A stretch of 32,000 nucleotides of DNA from Candidatus Saccharimonadota bacterium (GTDB taxonomy: Bacteria; Patescibacteriota; Microgenomatia; UBA1406; GWC2-37-13): contig CP064967.1 of the NCBI GenBank assembly GCA_016699265.1, positions 510,001 through 542,000 on the forward strand. Direction: 5' to 3'. Shown one piece after another: positions 31,173 through 32,000 of this stretch (positions are counted from its first letter, which is position 1; each line of letters opens with the position of its first letter). Made by a program: the position numbers and the translations under genes. The notes under the pieces were generated by a model, which saw only the letters and a list, made by a program, of their open reading frames with translations, was not told the DNA's origin and did not search any database.

Positions 31173-32000
31173 TTATTGTGCCGGACTTACTTGACTGCAT
31201 AGAGGACAATTTATACGAACATTTGCAGGGCTTGATGGCTGAATACACGCCGGAATTGTAGGAGTAGGCGTAGGTGGTTTAGGTGTTGGAGTGGGTGATA
31301 TTGGTGTTGGAGTAATCGTCGGTCTAGGAGATGGTGTTGGAGTTGAATTTGGACCTGGGGTGGGCGTTGGAAATGGTGTAGCGGTTGGTACGACAACGCA
31401 CATATTACACTGCGTATGTAAAGGGAACCATTTTCCATCGGTTCCACACTTCCAATTATATCCAGTCCAGTTAGAGTCGCCGTTACCACAAACAACTTGA
31501 CCAATTGTAGAGTTTAGTACTGGTCTACCATCACAGTAGAATCCCCCATCACAGGTTGTAACTGCAGGTGGCTTTGGATTAGAGGGTGGACAGCTATCAA
31601 ATGAGTAAAAACCTTGAGGTGAGCCGGGAACACCATTCTGGAGATCGAGCTGTTGAGTGAAACATCCATTACCGTCCTTAGGTCCATTACTTCCATCAGG
31701 GAGTATACATACGTTTGACTGTCCATTACTTGTTAGAGGGTTTAGTACGCTATTGTACTGCCAAGCACCAGTTGTACTATCCTGACATCCACTTGCGTAG
31801 TTTTCGATTTTACCTGGGCATTGATACCGCGCGGCATATTTAATCGTACTCAGCGCAGTAAAACACGAGCCGTTCCAACCATAGGTTTCCAAATAACGAC
31901 TTGCAGAAGTAGCTTTTGGTCGGAAATTGAATCCTTGTTGGACCATTACGTAACCTACACCTACACCGACTAAAGTAACAAAAAGTGTTATGAGGCTCAG
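31173..32000 (-). CDS. Cys-rich secreted/surface protein with a C-terminal Pro/Thr linker (5' end beyond the right edge)
   Basis: The frame stays open upstream of the track ATG (31946) to the window edge. That extension encodes the hydrophobic segment LSLITLFVTLVGVGVGYV, which looks like a signal or anchor. The protein has about 20 Cys and then a TPTP-rich linker. Its stop lies 3 nt from the next gene's start. Confidence 0.65.
   Translation of the reverse strand: MSLITLFVTLVGVGVGYVMVQQGFNFRPKATSASRYLETYGWNGSCFTALSTIKYAARYQCPGKIENYASGCQDSTTGAWQYNSVLNPLTSNGQSNVCILPDGSNGPKDGNGCFTQQLDLQNGVPGSPQGFYSFDSCPPSNPKPPAVTTCDGGFYCDGRPVLNSTIGQVVCGNGDSNWTGYNWKCGTDGKWFPLHTQCNMCVVVPTATPFPTPTPGPNSTPTPSPRPTITPTPISPTPTPKPPTPTPTIPACIQPSSPANVRINCPLCSQVSPAQ

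Noticed and set aside
30480-31380. Periodic GGTGTTGG/GTCGCA repeats that could be mistaken for a CRISPR-like or satellite array.
   Set aside because: They are the coding sequence of the Thr/Pro linkers of two surface proteins on the minus strand. The units are imperfect, contiguous and in frame, with no spacer-repeat organisation. The overlapping track ORFs (31211-31504, 31291-31500, 31514-31726) are off-frame artefacts of this low complexity.

Overview
This is a moderately AT-rich, very tightly packed bacterial chromosome segment with many 1-35 nt gene overlaps and few recognisable Shine-Dalgarno sites. The gene content suggests a Candidate Phyla Radiation / Patescibacteria (Microgenomates-like) genome, which is an inference and not proven. 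The left third carries division, cell-wall and RNA housekeeping genes: the rsmH start, mraZ, murJ, an archaeal-type AMP/thymidine phosphorylase, mltG, ftsK, an orphan 199-aa gene, pnp, rpsO, metG and a class A PBP. The middle carries a Tat-signal PLC/menorin-like protein, tRNA-Met(CAU), and a 9-kb same-strand envelope-glycan cluster (GT2, Wzy_C/O-antigen-ligase-like, GT-C/PMT-like, three GT4, an EEP phosphoesterase, a FemAB-family protein). The right third carries lon, a two-subunit 2-oxoacid:ferredoxin oxidoreductase, a 48-aa zinc-ribbon ORF missing from the ORF track, a CxxAxxC ferredoxin, a SufU/IscU scaffold and two Pro/Thr-rich surface proteins. I saw no CRISPR array, rRNA, transposase, integrase or recognisable defence system. 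The observations most worth a second look are: (1) the lon N-domain is split by three homopolymer indels behind a consensus promoter; (2) degenerate heptanucleotide tandem arrays sit right after four stop codons; (3) three ATGGTT repeats at 10-bp spacing cover the mraZ promoter and start; (4) several -10 boxes lie 4-8 nt from start codons, suggesting leaderless transcripts; (5) PNPase and S15 carry unusual extensions; (6) a Tat-exported menorin-like protein is present; (7) the glycan cluster may be linked to the PT-rich surface proteins. All functional calls rest on motif recognition by eye, since no searches were run.
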